The notes under the pieces are model-generated. The model worked only from the letters and a program-made list of their open reading frames with translations. It was not told the DNA's origin and did no database searches. Of a stretch of 64,000 nt of DNA, positions 1-11,931 are shown one piece after another (position 1 is the stretch's first letter; each line of letters opens with the position of its first letter). Source of the stretch: Octopus sinensis (Eukaryota). The stretch is taken from the NCBI RefSeq assembly GCF_006345805.1, contig NC_043004.1, positions 106,826,001 through 106,890,000 on the forward strand, read 5' to 3'. The position numbers and the translations under genes are program-made.

Positions 1-344
1 CCAGACATTTCTGTTTTGTTTCTGCAGGACAGTGCTTTGGATACGTTTGAGCAACGTCCTTCTTGGAAATTTCACATTTTTGTCTCTTGCTCAGTTCATA
101 ATGGTTAATGAACTGAGCAGTATTTGATGCCAGTGTACCATCAGTCAGTTTCATATCAGTTCCAAAGTCTCCATCAGCATTACCCAAAAGTCCGAGTGTA
201 TGATTATGGTGAATTCCATCAAATATAATTTTCATTTCATTTGAGCTACACATTATTTCAACTCCATATATTGATGTAACAACAACATAAGGGCCCCATA
301 TTTTGGCTGAGGTCATTTTCATTGGACATTGATATGGAAGTTCT
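1..344 (-). CDS. LLTP exon, VWD C-terminal half (runs off window)
   Basis: ttgtcttag|(I)ELPYQCP...HTLGLLGNADGDFGTDMKLTDGTLASNTAQFINHYELS...; GLLG variant of GLCG as typical in Vg/apoLp. Confidence 0.93.
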
Positions 345-817
345 CTAAGACAACAAAAAGAAACAACTATTAAATTTAGAACTTTATTTCTTGAAAAAAA
401 AATATTTTAAAAAATGAATTAGAATAAGTTTAAGTGAAAATAAAATATATTTGGTTTGCAAGATTCGTGATGTGAACTCATGTGTTGAAACACATATTTG
501 TGTATGTTGGGAGGGTCATTATGCTAATAATAAACACATGTACTGGCTCTATTTCACTATGTTATTTATTGGTCAATTGGTTAAATATTTAACCAATTAA
601 TAAATCAATTATTTAATTAATTGTTCAGTCAATCAAACAATCAGTTAGGTTTGTCAAAGTCCTTTTATTGCCATTCATGACCACATCAATGACTTTTGGG
701 GTCAATAAAATAAGTACAGCTGAGCACTAAAACTTTCTAGCCTTGTGCCAAAAACTGAAGTCAGTATAATTGAAAAAAAAATTGCTGATATTTAGCACAC
801 TTGCTCCATAATTAAGT

Positions 818-1285
818 GTGCTAAATAACGTAAAAGTGGTGCTATTGTATGGGGCTGAGACATGGCGAACAACAGTTAAGTCAAATAAGCAAATACAATC
901 GTTCATCAACAGATGCTTGTGTAGTATACTTAAAATTAGATGGCCCCAACACATAAGCAATATGGAGCTATGGCAAAGAACAAATGAAGTTACGATTAGG
1001 GAGCAAACATTTAAGAAAAAGTGGAAGTGGATTGGTAGCACAATTAGAAAAGAAACACAAAATGTAGTGAAAAGTGCTTTAAAGTGGAAACCGGTTGGAT
1101 ATAAAAGGAGAGGTAGGCCTAAGACCTCGTGGCTGAGATCAACACAAAAAGAACTAGAGAAAGAGAGACATTCATGGCAGAGTATAAGTACAGAAGCCAC
1201 AAATTATGCGACATGGAATTCGACTATAAGTGGCCGATACTCCACGTTGGAGGGTGAAAGGCATAAAGAAAAGAAAGATATTTAG
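818..1285 (+). mobile_element. RTE-clade LINE, ORF2 C-terminal fragment
   Basis: VLLYGAETW...RCLCSILKIRW...KWKWIG...GYKRRGRPK.SW motifs. Confidence 0.88.
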
Positions 1286-1371
1286 CACAAGGGATATCAA
1301 ATGTTCTTTTCATCATAAACTGGAACAAGAAAAAAAGATTAATAAAAAGCTGACATTCATATTGTACTTAC

Positions 1372-1534
1372 ATGAATGAGCTGTCTCCATCGACAGAGAT
1401 ACTGCAGTTGTTAAATATCTTTAAACTAGTTTTTGTACATGATAATGTGACCCCATCATTTTCCTTGAGGATAGCAAATGTTTTATGGGCTACATCAGCA
1501 GCCAACAGGTGAGTACATTTATTGCTTCCAAAAT
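1372..1534 (-). CDS. LLTP exon, VWD domain
   Basis: ttctctttcag|(D)FGSNKCTHLLAADVAHKTF...SVDGDSSF AT|gtaagt; 163 nt, phase 1 to 2. Confidence 0.92.
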
Positions 1535-1890
1535 CTGAAAGAGAAAAAAAGGAAATTGTTTAAAAATCTTAAAGCCAACTGCATTTATCAAGAGTTAGCC
1601 AAAATAAATACATCATGCTATTATTTCAATTCCTTACTACTATTAGTATAATTAAAATGACAAGCTAAGGTAGAGAGCTGACAGAACCATTATCATGCCG
1701 AACAAAATGCTTGGCAGCGTTTCTTGCCCATGTCAGTATTTGAACCGAGAATGTAAACTTTGTCATTCATCCTTTTGGAGTCAATAAAATAAATACCAGT
1801 TGAACACTGGGGTCAATATAATTGATTAGCCCCCTCCCGGTAAAATTTCAGGCCTTGTGCCTATAATAAAAAGGGTTATTACTATTATTA

Positions 1891-2130
1891 TTAACCCTTT
1901 CGTTACTGTATTTATTTTGAGATGCTCTGTGTTCCTTTCAATTATTTTAAATGTAACAAAAAATTTAGTAAAATAACTTAGTTATCATTCAGCTAGTGTT
2001 GGGAACATAAATTGTGACTAAGGTTTGGTGGAAGATTTTAATTCAGAACTTATGAAAACAAGACATTTGTACTCAGAGCCAGAGCCAGAGCCAGAGCTGG
2101 TTTCTGCCGGGTTGGTAACGAGAGGGTTAA
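1891..2130. mobile_element. piggyBac-like MITE family 1
   Basis: TTAA-CCCTTTCGTTAC...GTAACGAGAGGG-TTAA termini; second copy at about 19552-19777. Confidence 0.75.
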
Positions 2131-2865
2131 GGTGTCAATCTAGCAAAATCACTAACACACTGGACAAAATGATTAGCAGCATTTCATCCATTTTTACAGC
2201 TCAAATGTTACTAAGGTTAGTTTTGATTTTTTTTTACTTTTGGGGACGGTGAAGTAAGTACCAGTTGAACATAGGGCTTGATGTGATCAACTAGCCCCTT
2301 CCCTCAAAATTTTAGGCCTTTTGCCTGTAGTAGAAAGATAATTATTATTGTTGAGTAATGGATCCATCTAACTGATTAGCACAGTTCCTCTAAAATTGCT
2401 AGTCTTGTGCTAAACTTTGAAACAGTTACCATTGTTATTATAAAGCTGGTGGGCTGGCAGAATCTTAGGACAAAATCCTTAGTGGCACTTCTTTCAACTC
2501 TTTACATTTTGAGTTCATATTTCTTGAAATATATTGTACAAAATATTAACCTTTTAACTATGAAACCAAATTTCCTGGTTATTCCAATAATGATGTTAAA
2601 TATTCACCTAAAAGAAATAATTCTTATTTTCTGCAAATTGCTTAGCCTCAATAAACTCGGTATATCTCAGCAGAAAATATTTTCAAACATGACATTCCTC
2701 AACTAAAGATAAATTGAGATATAATGTTGCTTCCCACAGTTAAAGGTAATGAAATTTTGTAAGCATAAATTTGATTCTTACAGTTAAATGAAAAAAAAAA
2801 AGTTTTTACAAACATGTATCTCTTCTTCATATATTGCAATGCTTCAAACAAATTACAGTACTCCT

Positions 2866-3087
2866 GTAACCCTTTAGTATTTAAACCAGCCATATTCAGC
2901 CCAAATATTCCACCCGTTATGCTTAAACCAGTCAGATATGACCTCTCGCACCTACCCTGCAATGTCACTCAAATAAAATAAACAATCACATCTTTGAAGT
3001 CTTGAAGTTATGAAATAATGCATGATTAATTAACGTGAATAAACAAGCCTTACATTAGACTCATTAATATGAATGCTAAAAGGTTAA
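2866..3087. mobile_element. piggyBac-like MITE family 2
   Basis: (G/T)TAA-CCCTTTAG...CTAAAAGG-TTAA; further copies near 13534-13712, 14004-14780, 62335-62548, 62941-63917. Confidence 0.7.
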
Positions 3088-3105
3088 ATAAAATAAAATA
3101 ATTAC

Positions 3106-3262
3106 CTGAAGGTAAATTATATAGAAATCCATCAAATGTTACCACTTTGTCCTCAGATAAAACTGCAACATGAGTTGTATAACGGCGCAAGAAAGGGAAG
3201 AAATCACGGGTCTGTAGTTTATGCATAAATAAGTAGAGTGGAGTTGTCAACTTTGGTGATGT
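3106..3262 (-). CDS. LLTP exon, start of VWD domain
   Basis: gctttacag|TSPKL...HVAVLSEDKVVTFDGFLYNLPS G|gtaatt; TFDG is the VWD N-terminal hallmark. Confidence 0.93.
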
Positions 3263-3824
3263 CTGTAAAGCAGAAATTAAACTATGTATCATTTAGTTAC
3301 TAACTGGGTTGGTCAGATGAATTGAGTAACTCAGGAGTTAAAAGGAGATAATGGTAGTAACCAAACTGTACATCAGAGATAAGATAGAACTGAACATAAA
3401 TGGCATGGACAAAGATTGAACTGTAAGGGAGTAGGAAATGGGAAATTGGTAATGGATCAATAGGTTTATGGTACTGATCAGGGTTCTCACTAAAAAGTGA
3501 GTGCAAAAATTTGATGTTATGCAAATTACACAACTCAACAGGTATTTTGTTGTTAGGAGTGATTGGCATTAGGAAGGACATCCAGCCATAGAAACCATGC
3601 CAAATGAGACTGGAGTCTGGTGCAGCCTTCCAGCTTTCCAGCCGTGGTTAAACCATCCAACCCATGCCAGCATGGACAATGGATGTTATATGATGATGAT
3701 GTTTTTATCCAAATGTTTAACATGCTGAATCCAAAAACGTTAATTGATGTTTTTACTTTCACATTTAGATTTCAAGATACCAAAACACCCCATTTGTCAG
3801 TGTATGGCCTATAAGATGGTTAAT

Positions 3825-4560
3825 TTTCTCGTGGGACAACAAAGTGAATACACCAAATATCCATGATTTTTATGCATGCAGGACAACAGAGCCAGTGAAA
3901 GCATTCGTTGATCAAAGAAAGGCTGCAGTAATCATTAGTTCCAGGGTCTTTTAATGTGGTTGATGAGCCTTTAGTTTAACCAGAAAAATCACCCTGCCTT
4001 CACTCCATATCAAACTTGGTATTATGAAGCAGTTTGTTAAAGCTCTGAATAAAGGTGGGCCATGCTTTCACTATATCTACAACACATTTCCTTGTCTGTG
4101 AAGTGAAAAGATAAAAGCTGGAGTATTTGATGGGCCTGAAATCAGAAAATGGATGAAAGATGGGAACTTTGTGAATTTAATGAATTGCATTGAAGAAGCA
4201 GCATGGAAATCATTTGTAAGAGTTGTAAATTAACTTTATGGGCAACAAGAAAACAGCCAACTATACCAAAATAGTTGACAACATGATGGAGAACCATCAA
4301 AAGTTGGAAGCAAATATGAGCATAAAGCTGCACTATCTCCACAGTCACCTTGAAAAGTTCCATGGAAATCTCCACAGTCACCTTGATAAGTTCCATGGAA
4401 ATCTTTGTGACACAAGAGACAAGGAGTGAGAATATTTCCATCAGAACATAAAAATCAATGGAACAAAGATATCTAGATAGATGAAACTTGCAAATGGTAG
4501 CAGACTATTGCTGGAACATGGTTCATAAGCTTCCTGAGATTCAGTGCTCAAGAAAATCAT
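3825..4560 (+). mobile_element. Decayed DNA transposase, Chapaev3-like (CMC superfamily)
   Basis: Broken frames give LHIKLGIMKQFVKAL, KIKAGVFDGPEIR, AWKSFVRVVNNFMGN, NMSIKLHYLHSHL, FHQ, ADYCW; family name is from memory. Confidence 0.7.
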
Positions 4561-5141
4561 CCTAATGAAAATTCAAGGGAAATTAGGCAGAAACAATGAT
4601 TCAATTTTTCTGTAGAAATTTAAAGATTTTTTACTTGTTTTCAGCAGAATTTGAAGAAAACAGCAGATTTTCAGTAGAATTTGAAGAAAACCCAGTTTCT
4701 AAGCATTTTTATGTTATAACTTGTTCCACATAAGCTATTTTATTGAAAAAAAAAAGAAAGAAAGAACAATGAAATTTTATGGGTCCAGTATCTTAGAATC
4801 TTGATATGATGGTAATAAATGGATGTCATTTTTGAATTCTGTGTGTCAGGTCCAAAATTTTTGACGACAGAGAAAAATTCTTTTTGTTGACTACAATGAT
4901 GATGATGGGCAATGATAAAGATAATGATAATGAAAATGATGATGATGATGATGATGGCAATGATAACAATGACGATGATATCAATGGTATGCTGATGACA
5001 ATGAGGATGATGATGACAACAATAATGGTGAGGACAATGATCATGATAGCAATAATGGTAACAAGAACAATGATATATAAAAACGATAATAATGATGACA
5101 TTGACGTTGAAAATGGAAGTGATAATAGTAAATTGACTCAC

Positions 5142-5347
5142 TTTAAAAGATTCCCAAATGAATGGATGGAATAAAGTAAAATGTATTTTCCCCTGTGCCA
5201 ACATTGGCACCAGTCTTGCTTTGACAGCTCTCTCCATATACAGATTAAACAGCCTGGGATAATTTGTTACTCTTTCTTGGATATAATTACCCATGGCCTT
5301 GGCAACAGCACCAATACCATATTTCAAGGTTTTTACTTTTTCTCTGT
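5142..5347 (-). CDS. LLTP exon, pre-VWD region
   Basis: tattttgcag|(D)REKVKTLKYG...GKIHFTLFHPFIWESFK|gtgagt; 206 nt, phase 1 to 0; resembles apolipophorin 'LP..W.SF' motif. Confidence 0.9.
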
Positions 5348-5419
5348 CTGCAAAATAAAATTTATTCAAATGTATTTTTGTTGTTACTTTTGCTTATCTT
5401 CATTTTCCTCATTTGCTAG

Positions 5420-5990
<571 letters not shown>

Positions 5991-6023
5991 AATCAAAGAT
6001 AAATCAAAATATTTTCCACTTAC

Positions 6024-6189
6024 CAAAAATGGAATTTTTGTATTTATTCTTGAAGTTTTGGCTCATCTTTAAAATTCTTTCATAAAATACTTCAGACATT
6101 GGACGCGAGGATAAAGGTACGATGTCAAAAATCGGCATAACAGTTCGAACAGATGAATAGAAGACATTATTTAAAAGTTCCCCAATGGT
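6024..6189 (-). CDS. LLTP exon
   Basis: ttttttcttcag|TIGELLNNVFYSSVRTVMP...KNKYKNSIF G|gtaagt; 166 nt, phase 0 to 1; not in ORF track. Confidence 0.88.
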
Positions 6190-6339
6190 CTGAAGAAAAA
6201 AGAAAAGAGAAAAGAAAGGGAAGAGTGTAGTTTAAAGTCTTTTCAATATTTCAAATTAGTTGGTTAGTGTCTGGTTATGTATGTTGAAAAGAATTTAATA
6301 AACCATGTGTCATGTGTGTATGACATTTATTGCATAAAA

Positions 6340-6350
6340 AACAGATAGAC

Positions 6351-6401
<51 letters not shown>

Positions 6402-6402
6402 C

Positions 6403-6473
<71 letters not shown>

Positions 6474-7005
6474 TTGATAGATAGATAGATAGGTAGATAG
6501 AAAGAAAGATAGATAGATAGATAACTTTTTATTGTGGCCACACAGGGCTAAACACAGAATAAAAATGGACGAAATACAATGTAGAGTTTTTTTCTTTTCG
6601 AGGTGGGTTGTGTGGTGTATAAAAATATAATATATATATATATATAAATAAAGTTCACAGTTTAGGTGTAGCCCTGGAAAGAAAAACCTACAAAAAAGAC
6701 CAAGGTCACCTCAGACAGTTCGAAAATGAACACATGAGTAAGTCGCCTTACCTCTTGTCTCTTTTGGTCACAGATTTACGTTTAAAATAGTGTTGTCTTT
6801 CAACCTGACCATTTTTGCCACTTTTACCCACTTTTTATTAAAACATTCGTTCGACAAAGCCTTCCTCTCTATTCTCACCCTCCTTTTCAAGTGGTACTTG
6901 AAAAAGTTGACGAGAGACTGACCAGAGAGGAAGGTGTTTGTTTGCAGTCCTTTCAAACGCATCCACCACACACATTCTTTCGCCATAGCCATCAGCGTAA
7001 CGAAA
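6340..7005 (-). mobile_element. L1/Tx1-like LINE 3' end with (TATC)n tail
   Basis: Minus ORF ..WWMRLKG..FFKYHLKRRVRIERK..FNKKW.., then AATAAA and a TATC array. Confidence 0.5.
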
Positions 7006-7149
7006 ACCGATATTTCCAAGTTAAAGGAAAGATGGAGACGCATTGTGCAACAAAATGGTTTATATTTGGTTGATTAAAATGTAATGGCAAGTATTTATTG
7101 ACCTTTTCCTTTCTTTTAAAAATCGGCACAAACTTTCTGGACAACCCAA
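7005..7149 (+). mobile_element. mariner 3' fragment
   Basis: Near-identical to 14600-14743 including TIR aaatcggca..actttc.ggacaacccaa-TA. Confidence 0.85.
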
Positions 7150-7571
7150 TAGATTTCTTAAATTATATTATGCAATATTTTAATACTTATTAACAATTTT
7201 TACTGTAAGGAAAATGGGTATTATGATAAATGCCAAAGTGTGCATCTATCATAATATGAATAGATTTCAACACGCTACAGACCAGGTCAAAGGAGGCCCA
7301 CTTGTTGTCAATAAAATAATAAAAGCTGTTGATGAGCCCTATTACTCAAGTACAGTTGTGCTTATTCAGAGAGTAAGCCGTAAGAGAAAAAAAAACTGGA
7401 CATGATAGAAACAAATATGACTGTAGTTTTGAAATCAGAATGCCAATTTATTCTAAATTAAGTGAAAAAGGAAACTTGTTCAAAATCGTTTTCCTTTGGA
7501 TAATTTTTAACAACAATGTATGAAGGAATACTTAGTAACAAAAACAATATGATCAGAATTATTTCACTTAC

Positions 7572-7790
7572 TTGGCCATAATATGGTATGGTGATTTCAG
7601 AGTAAGGTTTCTCAGGGTTAGAATCAATAGCTGCAACAAAAGGATTAAGTACACTAGAAAACAATGCTTGTTTCTCTTGCATCCATTTTCTTAGAGGTCC
7701 AATAGCATTCGGCTGTATAACAATATCTTGGCTAATTTCAGATGGTTTACTGAGGCTCATTGTCCACTCAGCAAGATTTTGACCAGATCC
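7572..7790 (-). CDS. LLTP exon
   Basis: catctttgcag|GSGQNLAEWTMSLSKP...EITIPYYGQ|gtaagt; 219 nt, phase 0 to 0. Confidence 0.9.
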
Positions 7791-7870
7791 CTGCAAAGAT
7801 GATAAATTTATTAGGATATGCTTACAATGAAGAAGATTGTTCAATTGTAAAAGAAAAGGAATCTTTCCTT

Positions 7871-7906
<36 letters not shown>

Positions 7907-8208
7907 TTCCAGTGCAAATCAGTCGATGTTGTTGACTGTAATTTACATAAGGCCATTGCTTTATAAGATCTGTTCAGAGTTGCCTCTCTTAGGTACTACC
8001 AACGGATAAAAGCCAACGAGCTAGAAACAGTGTTGTCTGAGAATCCTGATAGATGGCAACACTGAACAGCAAGGGTGTTTTTACACCTTTTTACAATAAG
8101 AGAAAAATTTTTCTCTACAGTAACTGCAGTCAAATTGCCTTTTAGCAGTAGAAATATGTTACAAACATATTTTAACTATAACTAACCTAAATTTTGCTTA
8201 TTTTTATA

Positions 8209-8210
8209 TA

Positions 8211-8271
<61 letters not shown>

Positions 8272-8447
8272 CATACATGCATACATACATACATGTATAC
8301 ATACATACATGTATACATACATACATACATACATACATACATACAAACATACATACATGCATACATACATACATACATACATACATGCATACATACATAC
8401 ATACATACATACATACATACATACATACATACATACATGCATACATA
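8209..8447. repeat. (CATA)n microsatellite
   Basis: Direct reading. Confidence 0.95.
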
Positions 8448-8453
8448 TAGAGG

Positions 8454-8597
8454 TGATTTTAAATTCTCAAACGCAGGAAAATGCTAATAATATAGCCTGA
8501 ACAGGAAAAGCTACCCCTATTTTCTGCAAAATAGGGGTAGCTTATCCTGTTCAGGCTATATTATTAACATTATCCTGCGTTTGAGAATTTAAAATCA
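8454..8597. repeat. Fold-back palindrome, 70-bp arms, 4-nt loop
   Basis: 8454-8523 versus 8528-8597 with 3 mismatches. Confidence 0.92.
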
Positions 8598-9464
8598 TTT
8601 CCTTAACTTTCTCTTTCTAAGACATCTCAATGCTTCTAAAGCAAACTTTGTTTGTTTACGTTCATCGTAATTTGAATTTCATATATGTATATATATACAT
8701 ACATATATATATACATATACGTATATACTTACATCTCTCTCTATATATATATATGTATATGTTGAAGCAATGGAGGGACACTACTGATGAGTTCCAGCGT
8801 CAGGGATGAAACCGATCCAGTGTTTCTAACTTTGTTCATAGAACAGTCATCTCCCCTGTCAGTATATGTAAATGTGCTTTTCCCACAGCTGTAAAAGTTT
8901 TAACTCTTATTTCTTGCAATATAGGTGCTCTCAGCAGCCTCTGTCACAATTAGTGATGATTAGATTTTTCTTATATGGTTTTATATTGTGCCAAGATGCT
9001 TTTATCAATATATATGCATGTGTGTATGCGCATTCATATGTGTCTATCTGTCTGTATGTATGTATATATGTGTGAATGTATGTATGTATGTATGTATGTA
9101 TGTATGTATGTATGTATGTATGTATGTATGTATGTGTGTGTGTGTGTGTGTGTGTATGTATATATTCATGCTTATAAATGGTTTTAAAAAAACCCACATA
9201 GACATACCTCTTTCTTTACGTGTAGAATCAGATTCTTCTCATCCGTTACACGTCCTGCCAACCGAACCATAACATCTGGCAAGAAAAGTTTTACTGACAC
9301 TTTTGGCAGGTCATTATTTTTGACCTCTTCAATTACAACCAGACCATCCATGGCTATAATGGCCGGATGCTGTATAAATAAATAAATGAATAAATTAGAA
9401 AAATCTAGAAATGATTAGGTTTGCTTTTTAGTTACCAAGTATCCTTGGTCTTTATCATTTAAGT

Positions 9465-9787
9465 GAAGGCGCATGGCTCAGTGGTTAGGGGCATTCAGCC
9501 CATGGTCATAAGATCATGAGTTCAATTCCTGGTGGTGCGTTGTGTCCTTGAGCAAGACACTTCATTTCCCATTGTTCCAGTCCACTCAGCTGGCAAAAAT
9601 GAGTTGTACCTGTATTTCAAAGGGGCCAACCTTGTCACACTCTGTGTCTCACTGAATTTCCCCGAGAACTATGTTAAGGGCACACGTGTTTGTGGAGTGC
9701 TCAGCCACTCACATGTTAATTTCACGAGCAAGCTGTTCCAGTGGTTATATCAGCTGGGACCCTTGTCGTCACAACCGACGGAGTGCT
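9465..9787 (+). mobile_element. tRNA-derived CORE-like SINE (head E + tail T)
   Basis: A box tggctcagtgg, B box gagttcaattcc, ttgtgtccttgagcaagacactt; another copy at about 20914-21230. Confidence 0.8.
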
Positions 9788-11465
9788 CCTATATTTAAGT
9801 CACTGAAGAAGGGATTATTTCAAGGCTTTACGGCAATCCATTGCTCTATAACCCTGTGTTAATACAACTCTAACTCCATCTATTTAGCTCTCTTTCTCTC
9901 ACTCTGAATGTCTTTCTATCTTTCTCTCTAGCACTATCTCCCCTCCCTTTCCTCTCTTTTCCTACTGAAGTAGCCAAGTATCTCTTCTAGAGTAAAACAC
10001 TTATCTTCATCCCTCTATTATACTCCAACCAATAACCTTTCATAAAGTCACTTCCCTCTGTTCGACTTCCTCTCTCAGCTGAGAGGTCATTGCCTTGCAA
10101 GTTACTTGCAACCCTGTTGGTACTGGTGGCACATTAAAAGAACCAAGTACATTCTGTCAAGTGGTTGGCATTAGGAAGGGCATCCAGCCCCAGAAACCAT
10201 ACCAAAGCAGACAATGGACCCTAGTGCAGCTCTCTGGCTTGACAGCTCCTGTCAAACCACCCAACCCATGCCAACATGAAAAGCAATCATTAAATGATGA
10301 TGATGATGATGATGACGACAATGACAACGATGACAACAACATTGACAATAATGATGATGATGTTCCAAGGCAAACTGGGTTGCACTTTATCTTTTGCCAT
10401 CTGGGCTAGTGATGTATCTCCTCAACTGCAAAACACTTATTCATGTTCCCCTACTACTATTCTAACCTCTCATCACCTGACACAAAGCCACCTCCCTTAA
10501 TACTACTCCCACCTTGGTTGAGAAAGCTCTTGATTTGCATATTACTTGGTGACCTCACTGGTGCTGGTGCCACATAAAAAGCACCCAGTACACTCTGTAA
10601 AGTGGTTGGCATTAGGAATGGCATTCAGCTAAAGCAGACAGTAAAGCTTAGTGCAGTCCTCAAACTCACTAACTCCTGTCAAACCATCTAAACCATGCCA
10701 GTATGGAAAATGGGCATTAAATTATGACAATGATTGATTTGGAGGAAGAAGCTGTGTCTATGGCCTTTACATCCCTCAAAGTCTGTTGAGATTAACATGG
10801 TTGCAAGTCAGTAGTTGTGCAAGAAGGGAATTCCAGAAAGCTGATATTCTGGGATGTTCTCTTTATTAGTCCTATGTTGATGGGTTTGGATTGGATGCTT
10901 AGTCTACTGAAGTACAAAGGCCTCTCCACCCACCACAGTCTGAAAGTGGAAGCCGTGAATTTGAGCTTGAGATCAGACTGGTTTGATGAGCCTACCCTGC
11001 CACACTGGCTCAACATGGCTTGTCAGAGGGATGCAGTTCTTATACTTACACCCAGGAGTAGTTAAGTCAGTTACATTGACCCCCAGTGATCAACTTATTT
11101 TATCAATCCTCGAAAGGCAAAGTCAACCTCAACAGAATTCGATGGGTATGAGTACATAAATCTATATATATAATATATGCAGCCTCAGAACATAATTATG
11201 TAAATGCAAGTGATAGTCAGTGCATTCTGGGAGGCTGAGCATTGTGGGTGCTGTACAAGCAGAATCTTCGACTGATCACCAACACAAATTATCACAGATC
11301 AATCCATGGTAAGTGTAACATGGTTCACAATGGAGTATACTGTGTTGCCTCAGATCAAGGATGAATGAATCATTAATAAACAAGAGTCCATGTACTCTGT
11401 TTGGTTGAGTATCTTTCTGAAGACAAATTAAAGAAAGTGAAAATATATCAAATCAAGTACTTTAC

Positions 11466-11620
11466 CTTTCCTTCAATATGTGCCTGTAGGTACATGTAAA
11501 CTTTTTCTCTATTACATATTAAATCCCACTTTGAAGTATAATTGACATATTGATGTATAAAACTTGAAGTTCTGTTCAGTCCATATTCTGGTGTCAGCAT
11601 AAAATAGCCGCTCCAGGTTT
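11466..11620 (-). CDS. LLTP exon
   Basis: ctttcttacag|(Q)TWSGYFMLTPEYG...YMYLQAHIEGK|gtaaag; 155 nt, phase 1 to 0. Confidence 0.88.
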
Positions 11621-11797
11621 CTGTAAGAAAGGTTTATAATATTTTGTCTGCATGACATGTATATTTTATGTTTGTTGTACTTATTATGCATACTGACAAT
11701 AAAATAGTTAATACAATAAATTGTATTAAATATTTTATAAAAATACAAAGTTATTGACACAAATTTAAATTTCAGAAAATAAATGCAGTATTTTTGA

Positions 11798-11931
11798 AAT
11801 AATTATTATTAAAATTATAATTTGGGTTATCTAAGAGATACTATCATGCTTGAAATAGCAGCCAAAACTGTCATTTCAAGCGTGGTGGTATCTCTTAGAT
11901 ACCCTAAATTATAATTTTAATAATAATTATT
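11798..11931. repeat. Fold-back hairpin, 64-bp arms, 6-nt loop
   Basis: 11798-11861 versus 11868-11931 with 7 mismatches. Confidence 0.9.
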
